Shown: positions 1-11,489 of the stretch, piece after piece
Layout of the letters: every line of letters starts with the position of its first letter
Numbering within the stretch: the first letter of the stretch is position 1
Assembly (NCBI RefSeq): GCF_016433145.1
Contig: NC_058131.1
Coordinates: 268,018,956-268,082,955 of the forward strand
Direction of reading: 5' to 3'
Length of the DNA: 64,000 nucleotides
Source: Gracilinanus agilis
Taxonomy: Eukaryota
Program-made: the position numbers and the translations under genes
Notes under the pieces: generated by a model
Seen by the model: only the letters and a program-made list of their open reading frames with translations
Told to the model about the DNA's origin: nothing
Database searches by the model: none

Positions 1-150
1 TCCCCAGACCTTCCAGAAGGCCTGCTGGCTGTGTGAGTACCCCAGTCTGCCCAGCCCCGCCCAGTCCTTTACCCCAAACCAGGCCGCCCTCAACCCTAGA
101 CTGGACCCCCCCCCAAAAAAAAAAAACCCTCGACCCCGCAAGCAGGCAAG

Positions 151-158
151 CAGGATAT
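151..158 (-). other. CACNA1B: U12-type (AT-AC) 5' splice site of CACNA1B intron 1
   Basis: Exon ends TGG CC and the intron begins ATATCCTG, matching the U12 consensus RTATCCTT. There is no GT at the point where protein homology ends. Confidence 0.9.
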
Positions 159-433
159 GGCCATTCTGTGACGCGCTTGGCGTATCTGCGGACGACGTTG
201 TCCTCGCTGAAGATGAAGAGTGAACGGTTGACGGTGAAGCAGTTTTGCTTGACGGGGATGGGGTTGTACAGGGCCATAGTCCGGGCCCGCTGAGCGATGG
301 ACTGTTTGTAGAGCACGCGCTGGCCCGGCTGCAGGCCCCCGGGCCCAGCCCCGGCCCCACCGCCACCCCGGCCCCCACCTGCCGGGCCCGCTCCTCCATA
401 GCGTCCGGGCAGCTCGTCCCCGAAACGGACCAT
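159..433 (-). CDS. CACNA1B: Voltage-gated N-type calcium channel alpha-1B (Cav2.2), coding exon 1
   Basis: Minus strand from ATG at 433 (ggaatcATGg) reads [91 protein letters not shown](P), the Cav2.2 N-terminus. 275 nt, ends in phase 2. Probably absent from the ORF track because the unspliced frame runs off the window without a stop. Confidence 0.97.
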
Positions 434-1027
434 GATTCCTGGCCGCCTGCTTTCGCTGCCGCTGCCTGTCTTAGCGCTGCGCTGCCCGGACCCCGGTGCC
501 CGGTGCCGGCCGCCGGGGGACCAGGGCGCATCCCCCCCAGGCCGGCTCCTCCCGGCTCCCCTCGGGCCCGGCGCGCACTGACGGTCAGACGGCGCGGGCC
601 CCGACGGATCCCAGGGCGCAGAGGACGCGGAGGCTCCTGAGGCACCCCGGGCGAGTCCCGGGTACTCTCTTTCCTTCCTTTTCTCTCTATCTCGGGGCCG
701 CTTGTTTCAGGCCTGGGAGAGGTGGCAAGAACAGGAGCAGGAGCTAGGGTAGGGCAGGGCGGGGGCGGCAGGTGCGGGTTCTGCCAGCCGCTCAGTCCGA
801 GCTCTGAGTCCGCGGCCACAGAGATCTGGACCCTATAAGGGTGCGTCCACGTGATGATAGTCAGCCAATCTGAGCGCCAGCCCCTCCTAGCCCAAATTCC
901 CCGCCTGTGCCCGCCCCCTCCCCGCAACTCCCAGCCCGAGGGCAGTCCAGCCCCGCCCCACCTCGGTCCCCCGGAAACCTCACAGTCACTTCATCCTAGT
1001 GCTTCCAAACCATAAACCAACAGTACG

Positions 1028-1046
1028 GGCGCTGTCCGGTGCTGAT
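1028..1046 (-). promoter_or_regulatory. RE1/NRSE (REST site) with perfect half-sites and no spacer
   Basis: Minus strand ATCAGCACC-GGACAGCGCC versus canonical NTCAGCACC-NN-GGACAGCGCC, about 600 bp upstream of the ATG of a neuronal gene. Confidence 0.7.
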
Positions 1047-2499
1047 GGATCTCTACTCAACTGCTTCAGTACCGGCCCTAGGAAGTCACTCAGAATCTCA
1101 CCGCCAGGTTTTCTTGAGGCTCCAAAGCCCCTGCTGGACGTCAGTTATAAAGAAACCAACACCTACTGGTCAAGAGCAAAGGATTCTTAGACCAACTAGT
1201 GTGGAGGGGAGGGGGAATCAAAAATCAGGTGAAAGAGGGAACCTGTCCATCTCTAACGGACCACCCTATGGCAGCTGCCGGACCTACATTAGGACCCGGA
1301 TCCGGACCTTAACTCCACAAACCAATTGAGATGCCTCTCAATAGTGGGAGGCTCACTGGAACAGATAGATGGATGGAGAAATGAAAACCATGGCTGAAGG
1401 GAGGGGAAAGGCTGAAGAAAAACTTTAATTTTTCATGGTTGGGGAGAGTGAAGTATCTGGAGGGAGGCAGTGTGGAATTTTTTCCCCTTTTGACCACTCC
1501 TACACAATCCCAAGCCAATCCCAGCTCCTGTAGCCCCACCCTTTGCCCCAGATGAGAAAAGGAAGATTCAAGTGATCCGCTAGGTTTAGAAGTTGACTGA
1601 CTGGACTACGATGAAGAGGGAGGATGAGGAGATAGTCTCTGAAAGTGAAAGCATCGTAACCATAAAACAATGGCCTGACTGTTCCCCATCCCTCCTCTGT
1701 GAGTATGTCCCCCTCCCACATCTTTATCACAGCCTCTGAAGCAAGAGGGGATGCTTTCAGGCTAGGCTGGTTTGCAAAGAACAGAGACAAGAGGATGACC
1801 AAAAGACAACTATCCCTGCCATGAAGAAGGACTTTTTTTTCGGTTCAGGAAAGAGCCTCAGGCTTGGGTCCCGATGCCTCTACCCTCAACATAAATATCT
1901 AGTAGATAGGCACAAGCATGCATTCATTAGACAGGGCACAGCCAAATGCAAACACAAGAAAACTCAGATATTTAGACAGGATTGAGTAGGGATAACTGGG
2001 GGAAAGGTTGCCTATTTGGGGCCGGGAAGAGATTGCCCGAGGGTTCCTTCTGAACTTTTTACATGACAGGTCTACTATGCCACTGTATTTGTAGGACACA
2101 AAAAACCAAGGGGCCAAAGTCTGTATTCCCACTGAATTTCATCCTTACTCCAGACTTGATCTCCCTATCCGTAGAATGGAGCCAAAGCTCCAGGGTTTGA
2201 GCAGAGAGGAAGAAACTGGTTGGTGCCTGGAGGTCCCATTGTGCCTTCCTCCCAAAGGGAGGTGAGATGTTTTCTTCTCATCAGGGCTAATTAGAAAGGT
2301 GTTGTTGGCTCAGACAAGAGCCTTCTCCTGGGAAACTGTGAAATCTTCTCCCAGTGGTTGGAACACCCAAGGCTAACCCCAAATCCCATCTCAATCACCA
2401 AAGGCTTTAAACTCCTTTCCTTCCCTAGCTCCCATCTGTCAGGTTAACAGTCAGGATAAGAGAAGGGCATGCATATACACAGACACATGAACAAGAAAT

Positions 2500-2620
2500 C
2501 CAATAAGCAAACCATTTATTGAGTCTTACTACATGCCAAACACTGTGCTAAGTACTGAGGAGATAAAAAGACAAAAGTGAAAAGCAGTCCCTTCCCTCAT
2601 AGAGGCACAAGGACATATTT
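2500..2620 (-). mobile_element. L2 3'-end fragment
   Basis: catttattgag...tactacatgccaaacactgtgctaag...gagata pattern typical of a reversed L2 tail. Approximate bounds. Confidence 0.55.
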
Positions 2621-5149
2621 TATTAACCACAGATGTCCTATAGGCCATTTGAAGCAACCTTGAAGACCTCATCTGTGTTCAGTCTACAGCTAGAAGGACT
2701 TGGGTGTATGCAAAGTCCAGCCCTAACTGCACTTTATAGTCACAGCCAGAGCTGACCAGGGCCTTGTGGTTCCAACCAAGGCTGACTGGGGGCTTTAGTT
2801 ACAGCCTGGACTCTCAGAGTTCCATTGCCTAGCTGGGGTCCTGTGATCATAACCAGGACTGACTAGAAGCAGATGATCATAGCCGGTTCTGGCCAGAGGC
2901 ATATGTTAGGGCTGATGAGCACTCATAGTCATAGTTAGCATTAACTAGGCTTGGGGCTAGAAAAAGGGAAATCCTTAGGGATTGCATTGATGGAATGTGC
3001 TCAGGACATACTATTCTCCACAGACCCAAGATCACATGGACAAGGCAAAAGAAAATATATAAACTCTTGGTAAAGCTAAGTTGACTGGAAATCTTGTGCT
3101 TGGGTATAGACATGGTTAAAACAGCACAAACCTTTTAGTGAGCAACAAAACTGACTTTAAAACTCTTTATTCCACCCTAGGCTGAAGGCAACCCGGGACT
3201 GGAGATGTCAATTGGCATCAACATCCTCAGGATTCATGCTGACTGGGGTCCTGAAGCTTTTCATCTTCACAGCTGAGCTATAGAGACCCACCCCTTATCC
3301 AAGCCCAAGATCAATCCTGTTCAAGCCTGGCCCTCAGTTAATTTCCTTTGCTCCTACCCATAAAGCACTGGAAAAACAGTCCTGAGTCCATAGCCCAGAG
3401 TAGTGATCCTGGTGTTCTTGCTCTGACCTGACCTTCTGTTCTCCTTCAATGACCAAGTTCCTGTAATTGTTCACATCTCCATAATTGTGCCCATTTGTTC
3501 CACAGCCCCTGCCACCATACCCCTCAACCCTCCCATTCTTTATCCCTGGATTTCTTTTCCCCACTTCGCCAGTTGCAACCAGTCCCTAGTCTGGATTATT
3601 TTACACCAATACAAGACCCAGTGCTAACAGTTTCCTATGGTAAAGATAGTCCTGGATTTGGAGACAGAGGACTTGGGTTCAGATCTTGACTCTACTACTT
3701 ACTACTGAGTCTATGTGAGTTTATGATTCCTACCAGCATTGAGTGCCTGCCCTGTGACTAGCACAGAGATCCCCATGGCTTCTGCTCAGGATGATGGTGA
3801 TCACTAATCTTTGCCAAGCATTGGAAAGCAGTGAGCAGGACCCAACCACATCTGGCAGAAATCTCCAAGTAGGGATGTCTGAGCTGCTGATGGTGGATAC
3901 TCTATTATACCAAACTGGTCACATAGAAAGGTCTAAGCCAAAAATGGTGATTCCTGAGGCTTCTCTCTGCTCCTTTTTAAGGGCCCTCCAGGCTAATATT
4001 TGAGCCCTAAAGTCAACTCAGAAGTCCATGTGACTCCAGACCACACGCTTGGGTTTTTGTAGACAAAGAGTACCATGATCTGTGAAGAAAGGAACAGAGC
4101 AGAACAAGGAAAGAGAGCCCTGTAAGCCAGCAGAACCACCTCTGGCAGCAGCTCAGTAGAATGGACTGCTCCCCAAATTCTGGCATCAGAATATCCTTCT
4201 CTTCTTTTGAAAACTGTCTCTACTCCAACTCCATAAGAAAAGTACTTGTCTCCCTTTTCCTATAGGAGAAAATACACTCTTGCTACCATTCAAGGCCCTC
4301 CACAATCTCACTCTTATTTCATACAATTCTGCTATGTGATCCAGTCAGCTACTTTACTACCATCATCCTCTTCTTCCTACTCATGTCTACTCACTACATC
4401 TTTCTATTCACATAACAATCATTCCAGTGCAGACCCTCATCTCCAAGCTATGTGCATTCGTAGAAATCATGTCTCAAAGACAGGAATGCACTGTTGTCTC
4501 CTCTTCGTCTCTGGGGATCTTTGTCTTGCCTCAAGGCTCAGCTCATGGGATGGCTCTATGAAGCTGTCGCTAATCTTCCTGATTATCAGTTTTCTTTTCT
4601 GCCTCAGTTTTCCTGGTATTATACTTAGATATGCATATTTCATATCCCTCAAGTAGAGTGTAAGCTCTTTGAGGATAGTTTTATCTTTATATTCCCAGAA
4701 CCTAGCACTCTCCCTTGGAAACAGTAGACATTCAAGAAACATTTGTTAAATCCTGAGGCGAAGCACCCAACGATAACATGGAATTGATCACCAATCATTC
4801 TGCGGAGTCAGAATGGTCAAGCCAAAAATTAAGCAAGATCTAGCCCTTGCCTATGGAAAGAAGACCCAAGAGATCCATGGGGTCTTGGCTCTTCATTAAT
4901 TCTCACCATCAATTTGTTGCTGTCATGACATTTCTATCTTCACAGCATCTCTCCTATATGTCCCTTTTTTTCTACTCACATCACAAGCACTCTAGTGCAG
5001 GCCCTCAACACCCATTCTTGGACTACTACTGGTTGGTTTCCTCACCTGCAAAATGGGGACAATAATAAAACCTATTTCCAAGGACTTTTCTGAGGGTCAG
5101 ATAAGATATCTGTAAAGCCCTTAGCACGGTGCCTAGCACATAGCAACTA

Positions 5150-6530
5150 ATGTTTGTTTCCTTCCTGTCTCTAGTCTCTAGTCTCTCCACATGCCAGTCC
5201 ATCTTCCACTTAGCTGCCAAAGTGATTTTCCTAAAGCCCAAGTCTGACCATATCACCTTCCCACTCAATAAACTCCATTGGCTCTCTATTCCTAAATCAA
5301 ACATAAAATCCTCTGTTTGGCCTTTAAAGCCTTTCATAACTAGCCATTTTCCCACCTTCATCCCCTTTAGTTTCTTCTATGTCCTCTCCAAACCAGGCAC
5401 ACTAGCCTAGTTCTCTATTCCAATTTTGTGCCTTCTCACTCATCTGGAATACTCTCATCATCTCTGACTCCTGGCCCAAGTGGCTTCTTTAAGACGCAGC
5501 TTAACAGAGTGACCAATATGACAGTAAAAGAAAATAATAGATGTTTGAGGGGATGTGGCAAAATTGGGACACTAATGCATTGCTGGTGGAGTTGTGAATT
5601 GATACGACTATTCTGGAAGGCAATTTGGAATTATGCCCAAAGGGCTTTTAAAGAATGCATGCCCTTTGATCCAGTAATACCACTACTAGGTTTGTATCCC
5701 AAAGAGATTTTTTTAAAAATAGGAAAGGATCTGTTTGTACAAAAATATTTATAATTGCACCTTTGTAGTGGCGAAAATTTGAAAAATAAGGGGGTGACCT
5801 GCGACTGGGGAATGGTTGAACAATTGTGGTATATGATGGTGATGGAATACTATTGTGCTGTAAGGAATGATGAGCTGGATGATTTTAGGAAAAACTGGAA
5901 AGACCTACATGAACTGATGCGGAGTGAAATAAGAAGAATCAGGATAACATTGTACACAGTAACTGAAACATTGTGGGACCAATCAAATGTAACTGACTTT
6001 GCTACTAGCAGCAATGCAATGATCCAGGACAATTCTGAGGAACTTATGATAAAGAATGCTATCCACATCTAGAGAAAGAACTGTGGGAATAGAAACACAG
6101 AAGGAAAACATATGATTTATCACTTATTTACATGGGTATATGATTTAGGGTTTTGGTTTTAAAAAATTACTCTATTACAAAAATGAATGATAAAGAAATG
6201 GGTTCTGAGTGATAATATATGTATAACCCAGTGGAATTGCTTGTCAACTCTGGAAGGGGGGAGGGAAGAGAGAAAGGAGACAACATGAATCACGTAAAAA
6301 TCATGGAAAATTTTTTAAAATAAAATTTAAAAAAAGATGCAGCTTAAATCTCACCTTCTGCAAGAGTATCTCTGTCCTCCTATTGCTACTACCTGCAGTT
6401 AAGCCCCTATATAGTTTGTGTGTACATGGTGGCTTGTTGTATCCCCTATTAACTGAGCTCCTTGAAGGGAAGGTTGTTTCTGCCTTTGTGTCCTCGGTGC
6501 TTAGTACTTCTCACATACTGTTTGTTGACT
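5150..6530 (+). mobile_element. L2 fragment split by an L1 insertion
   Basis: ccagtccatcttccac...gccaaagtgattttcctaaag...ctgaccatatcac L2 motifs before 5504. L2 tail (cagcttaaatctcaccttctgcaag ... ctccttgaaggga) resumes after 6347. Confidence 0.65.
5505..6333 (+). mobile_element. 5'-truncated L1 (ORF2 C-terminus, 3'UTR, A-rich tail) with 14-bp TSD
   Basis: ORF track peptide RCLRGCGKIGTLMHCWWSCELIRLFWK...PFDPVIPLLGLYPK is the L1 ORF2 Cys-rich C-terminus. TSD aagacgcagcttaa (5491-5504) / aagatgcagcttaa (6334-6347). Insertion at a ttt/aa endonuclease-type site. Confidence 0.92.
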
Positions 6531-7013
6531 GACTGCCCTCAGCATCACCAAACCCTGAGCACCAGGCAAATTCTTTGACCCCAGTGCTACTAGGTCAGCT
6601 TTTTCACTAGTTTTGGCACCATCTCCCCTCTAGTATGCCTCTCACAGGTGGGCTGCTGCAAAGTGCACCTAGGAAGGACTAAAGAATTGTTTTGAGACAT
6701 TGTCTAGACAACTGGGTCCCAATCCAAGGCAAAGCACCCGGGAAGCTGCTGCTTGGAATAGGCTGAGACGAAGCACTAAGAACTAAACCTAATCCCTCCC
6801 AATCCCAGAAGGAATTTCCAGGGGCTGCTGGTCACTGCTGGTCTTTGTGGTCACCCTTTTCTATATGGACAATGATTGTGTAAGAACTGAAGGTTGAATG
6901 AATTTTCATTATGTAGCCACCACTAGAGGCGTGGCTGAGTGGTAACTCACCATGCTTGGGTGGCTGTGACAGCCACTGGAGATGAATGTTCTACCCAGAG
7001 GACTTCCCGCCCA

Positions 7014-7020
<7 letters not shown>

Positions 7021-7048
<28 letters not shown>
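7021..7048. repeat. T28 homopolymer preceded by C7
   Basis: Read directly from the sequence. Confidence 0.95.
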
Positions 7049-8645
7049 GATTGGGTATCCCAGACCTCCCAAAGCCCAGAAGCCTAATGGTCCCTAGACT
7101 GAGTCAGGAAGGTCAGAGCTCCCTCTGCTGGTCTGAGGCCACAGGACAGGCTGGCTTGGAGACAAGTCAACCTAATTTAAACTTCATGAGAAACCCGGCA
7201 TCGGTTCTTGTGGAGAAAGGGAGACCCAATTTAAGGGTCCCGTGACGAAGAGATTTTTTTGAACAGCACATTCCAGAGATCAGGAAAGAGCCTGGGGTTG
7301 AGACCTAAGCCCAAGTCTAAGATACTGGTCTGTGCACACAAATGGTGCTGACTTCCAAGAGGCACACTTCTACAGAAAAAAGATCTAGTCCCCCTGCAAC
7401 TAAGTTCCAGAATATGAAACCAGTGGAGACAAGGGTTCACTGGGCGAGATGAAGCATTTTCAGAGTAGGTTTGGCCCTGGGCAAAGAGGCAGCTTCTAGG
7501 AAGGTCAGGGATAAGCACTGGGCAGGAGTGTTGACCCCTCAGATCACTTTCCACTGAGGAGAGATTTTTAAGGGCCTCACTTTTCTATGGCTAGAGGCAT
7601 ACTTTTGGGGGGCTAGTTTCACTTGGAGAGAGCACTTAAGGGACCTTGATACACATCCCACCCAGTGTAGCTTTCAGGCAGCGCAGAAACAAACATCCAC
7701 CCAGAGAAAAGAAAAAGTACTTTAGGGCCATAGGGGATTTCAGGGATTGGGCTCTTTCTCCCACCCCTGCCCCAACAGAATTTGCCCCCAGAATTTGTCA
7801 GAATTCCTAGTTAAGCCACGAATGAGTTGCAATATTAGTTGAATTCCATCTCCCAAACTCCTTCTCCTCTCTCCCTGGGACTGTATAGGATCACCAGAAG
7901 ACAGGCGAGGAGGTCACTGCGGAGGGTACAACCACCCAACCCATAAGGTTATTGACCTTCTAATTGTCCTAAGAACAAGACACAAGCTGTGACAGAATCG
8001 GTACGCACTGCACTGAAACTTGTTTCGGCCCTAGGTTAAGGACTGTGGGGGAAATTATCTAAGACTAAATGCAGTATTCAGGGAGCTTAAAGACAAGTCA
8101 GGAAAACACAGATACAAAAATTAACAAATTATTGAAAACAAAATAATTAAATAACAGAATATGTAACACAGCCAATAGAGAAGAAGATAGTGATATGGAT
8201 TCAAGGAGGATTTGAGCTTAAAAGAGGGAAAGGAAAGTAAGGAGGGGATGGGTATAAAAGAGAAATATGTTCAAGAAACAGCAACTTTATGTGGAATCCT
8301 ACAGCAAGAGTTAACATTAGGTCATTTACAACTGGGACATTGAAGAAAGCTTTAAATGACAAACTGAGAGGTTAGGCTATTGAGAACTATTGAAAAATCC
8401 CTAGCATGTTTTTCCATGTTTAAGAGATCTTAAGGTTTAGCCTAGGGAATATGGGCACTCTCCCAGTGTCCAAATGATTCTGCAGAAATTGAGGCTTTAG
8501 TGAGCTGGCAATTTTACATTGTTAGGTTCCAAAGGTTTCTCTATCAGGACATGAGCTTGAGTTCCCTTCCTATAGAACACTGATTGTCCTCCTGGGTTTT
8601 TCTCATAAACATTTAATCCCCATACATGCCCCCCCCCCCTCTCTC

Positions 8646-8824
8646 TTTTAAACCCTTAACTTGGATGTATTGGCTCATAGGTGGAAGAGTGGTAAGGGTA
8701 GGCAATGAGGGTCAAGTGACTTGCCCAGGGTCACACAGCTTAGAAGTGTCTGAGGCTGGATTTGAACCTAGGACCTCCCATCTCTAGGCCTGCCTCTCAA
8801 TCCACTGAGCTACCCAGCTGCCCC
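8646..8824 (-). mobile_element. Opossum CORE-SINE (SINE1_Mdo/MAR1-like)
   Basis: Reverse of ggggcagctgggtagctcagtgg...gtgtgaccctgggcaagtcacttgac...cttaccactcttcc. Similar C-rich/ctctcttt flanks on both sides suggest a TSD. Confidence 0.9.
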
Positions 8825-10429
8825 CCCACCCCCCACTCTCTTTTCACATGAATAAATGAAATGGCATTGGCCATATGTCTGCAAATTCACCTACCATTCA
8901 AGTTAGTAACTGCAGGTCCTATTGGTAGATAATATTTCTCAGCTGAGCCACCAGAAATGACGGCCTAATCTTCCTAGTTGCCAGGGCTCAAAAAATCTTC
9001 ATCTCTTAATTCTCTTCCGTTACTTATATGGTACCAGACCTGGATAACTTTCCTCTGCAGTAACTCTCAAATCCTTTCCTATTCATTATTAGGGTCCCCA
9101 TTTAAGTCTAAGTCATTACCATTTCTCATTGGGACAACTCCAATCATCCTTGACATCCTCCCCAAATTGCCATCCTGATTTCTACATGGGATAATCAAGG
9201 TCAAATCTTTGCTTGACTTCATCCAGTCTTTCCATAGCTTTTCATTACTCCTTTACTCTGGTTATAATGGTATCATCAATGGATGTCTCAAATCCTAGCT
9301 ACCCATTTTTTGGCTCACACTTTTTACTTCAACTGAAATGTATTTTCCATTGTTCTTCCTTAATGTAATATACTTCCTTCAAGTTTTTTCTACCTACTCC
9401 AATACGCATCTCTGGGCACCTTCAATTAATACTTGCAGGCTTTATGAATGTTTAAGACCTATAATTGGCCTCAGATATCCACTGCAAGGTGAATTTCAAT
9501 AGAAATTATTTCCTCAACTTGGGCACACATTGTGTTATGGCATAATTTCCCTCCTTTTGGAAATATTTTATGACAACAAAGGAAGAAACTATGCAGTGAT
9601 ATTGCTTCAAAGAGTAAACCATTGTAGCCATGCAGCCAGAAGAATAAATGTGAATTCCCAACTTTTTATTCCCTTCAATGGATTATTCTCACTAGATTCT
9701 GACCTGATCTTGAACTATGAGTTTACATAGGACAGGAAAAGAAGGGCAATCTGACCCCTAACTCACAATATAAATCATACTTAGTTATTTACCAGGTTAG
9801 ACATAGATGGAATCTATGAAACTGTTAAGTCAGAGCTAAATGGGATTTCAAAGGGAATACAAAAAGTAGTTCAAAAGTATTTTGTTATTTCTCTAGCAGA
9901 GAAGATTTCACTACCATGGGTGAGGTGCTTGAGTGTTTAACTTCTAGGAACTAGGCCAGATTTGTATGAGCTATAACTAAGAGTTTGACTTTTTCATTCT
10001 TCCTTAAAATAAATAACAAACTAATTCTGTCCAGAGAGTAGTTGTAGCTACTAAGCCCTTATTTGGCCCCTTATTTGACTGTTTTCAAAAAAAAAAAATC
10101 ACAAAGCTGCTTCCAGTAAGTCATAGCTACCACTTTAAACTACCAGGAAGTCTGGCAAGAAGAATAGTCCTCCTTTAGGTCGACTGCTACTAAAACCAAT
10201 GTGTACTCTTTGTAAAATGCCCTGTGAGGTCAAGATCTGTGATTTTCCCAGATCAGAGGGATCAATAAATATCTACCAACTTGTAACAGCATATCAGCAT
10301 ATTTTCTTCAAAAAAATAGTCGTCAAACATGTGGAGTCCTAAATAACATCACAAGAAATGAATCTGATTATATCTTATCAGACAGAAACTAACTAGTTAT
10401 TAATCTAGGAATACAGAATTATCTGTCGG

Positions 10430-11310
10430 TATGCAAATAACCAACTTTGGAACAAAGGTCAAAAGTGGCACAAAACTGGAAAGTCAGTGCAATTGCATCA
10501 TCATCTTCTCAACTATTTAAAATAAGTTTCCTGAAAAATGAGAAGGAAAACAAGTAAGGACACTGATCCTATTCATCATTTCTTAGAGAAACCTACCAAA
10601 TATAAGTCAACACACAGAAGAGTTCAAAAATAACCTCAGTCAAAAAAAGAGTATCCTTGCCTTGGGAAGTGGGATGTAGAAGACAAAGGCAACATCAGTA
10701 TAGGTTACAAACTCATCCTTAAAACATTACAAAGGTCAATGCAAGGTTTATGAGTATTGTCTAAAAACAAACCAAAAAGAAATGGAGGAAAAAGCATTTG
10801 AAGAGCAAGAAGACTGCAAAGAGCTTGGCATAAGACCTAGCCAAACTAGAGCATTTGCATTTGCAAAGCATTTGCAGATGAAACTGGAAGGAGGAAAATA
10901 AATGGATACAAAATGGAATTGATATGCCACCATATCTACACCAATCTATTCTCAAGGGTGGTAAGGGTCTCAGCACCCAAGAAAGTAATAAATGGAAATT
11001 AATTTGATGAAATCAGGAAGAATGACTATCTAACAAAACATATACAGAAGAAATCTATGGTGGAGGCAAAATAATTTTAAAGATCCTTGTAACCCAATTT
11101 TCAAGATACCTCATAAAAAAAAAAAGATTCCAAAAGAGCAGAAAACAATACTTTTCCCAAATCACCAAGACACCAGCAGTTACCCAGCCATATTTTTACT
11201 TTGTCATTTCTATGATTTCTAAAATCATTGTGAAGATTGTTTTTGTGAGAACTGAGGGCATCCTTGATAAAAGCATGAAAAGAGAATAAGCACTAGCTGT
11301 TTGTGTCCTA
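10430..11310 (+). mobile_element. Degraded RTE-clade LINE fragment (ORF, N-terminal part of RT)
   Basis: 11180-11300 reads like (Y)xPIxLLxHxYxxxxxIxxxRTEGILDKSMKRE*A, resembling the RTE motif RPICLLSHLYK...RIEGILDENMRREQAGF. Bounds approximate. Confidence 0.65.
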
Positions 11311-11489
11311 CCATAAACCACAATCACATAACTAAGGTGTGCAAAATATATAATAATCTACAGTATCAATACTGTACTAAGGTTGATAATGAACTACAAC
11401 TGACAGAACAAAATACAGCCTTAAAAGTCTCTTATACACAAATGCTTAAATCATATAGAAATCTATAACCAAAACAAGCATTTGTTTTT

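Larger units (their letters stand above)
130..1050 (-). promoter_or_regulatory. CACNA1B: CpG island / promoter and 5'UTR of CACNA1B
   Basis: Very GC- and CpG-rich compared with the CpG-poor remainder. GC boxes at 757-768, 911-916 and 953-958, E-box CACGTG 848-853, CCAAT 865-869. Confidence 0.85.

Noticed and set aside
33-747. Three + strand ORFs over the CpG island (86, 131 and 83 aa)
   Set aside because: Antisense shadows of GC-rich, stop-poor CACNA1B exon 1 and promoter. No recognisable domain.
3334-3564. 76-aa minus-strand ORF with natural-looking composition
   Set aside because: No homology that I recognise, no splice context, and a length within chance expectation.
6917-6935. CTCF-like CCACTAGAGGCG
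   Set aside because: One G short of the core CCACYAGRKGGC. It cannot be supported without ChIP or conservation data.
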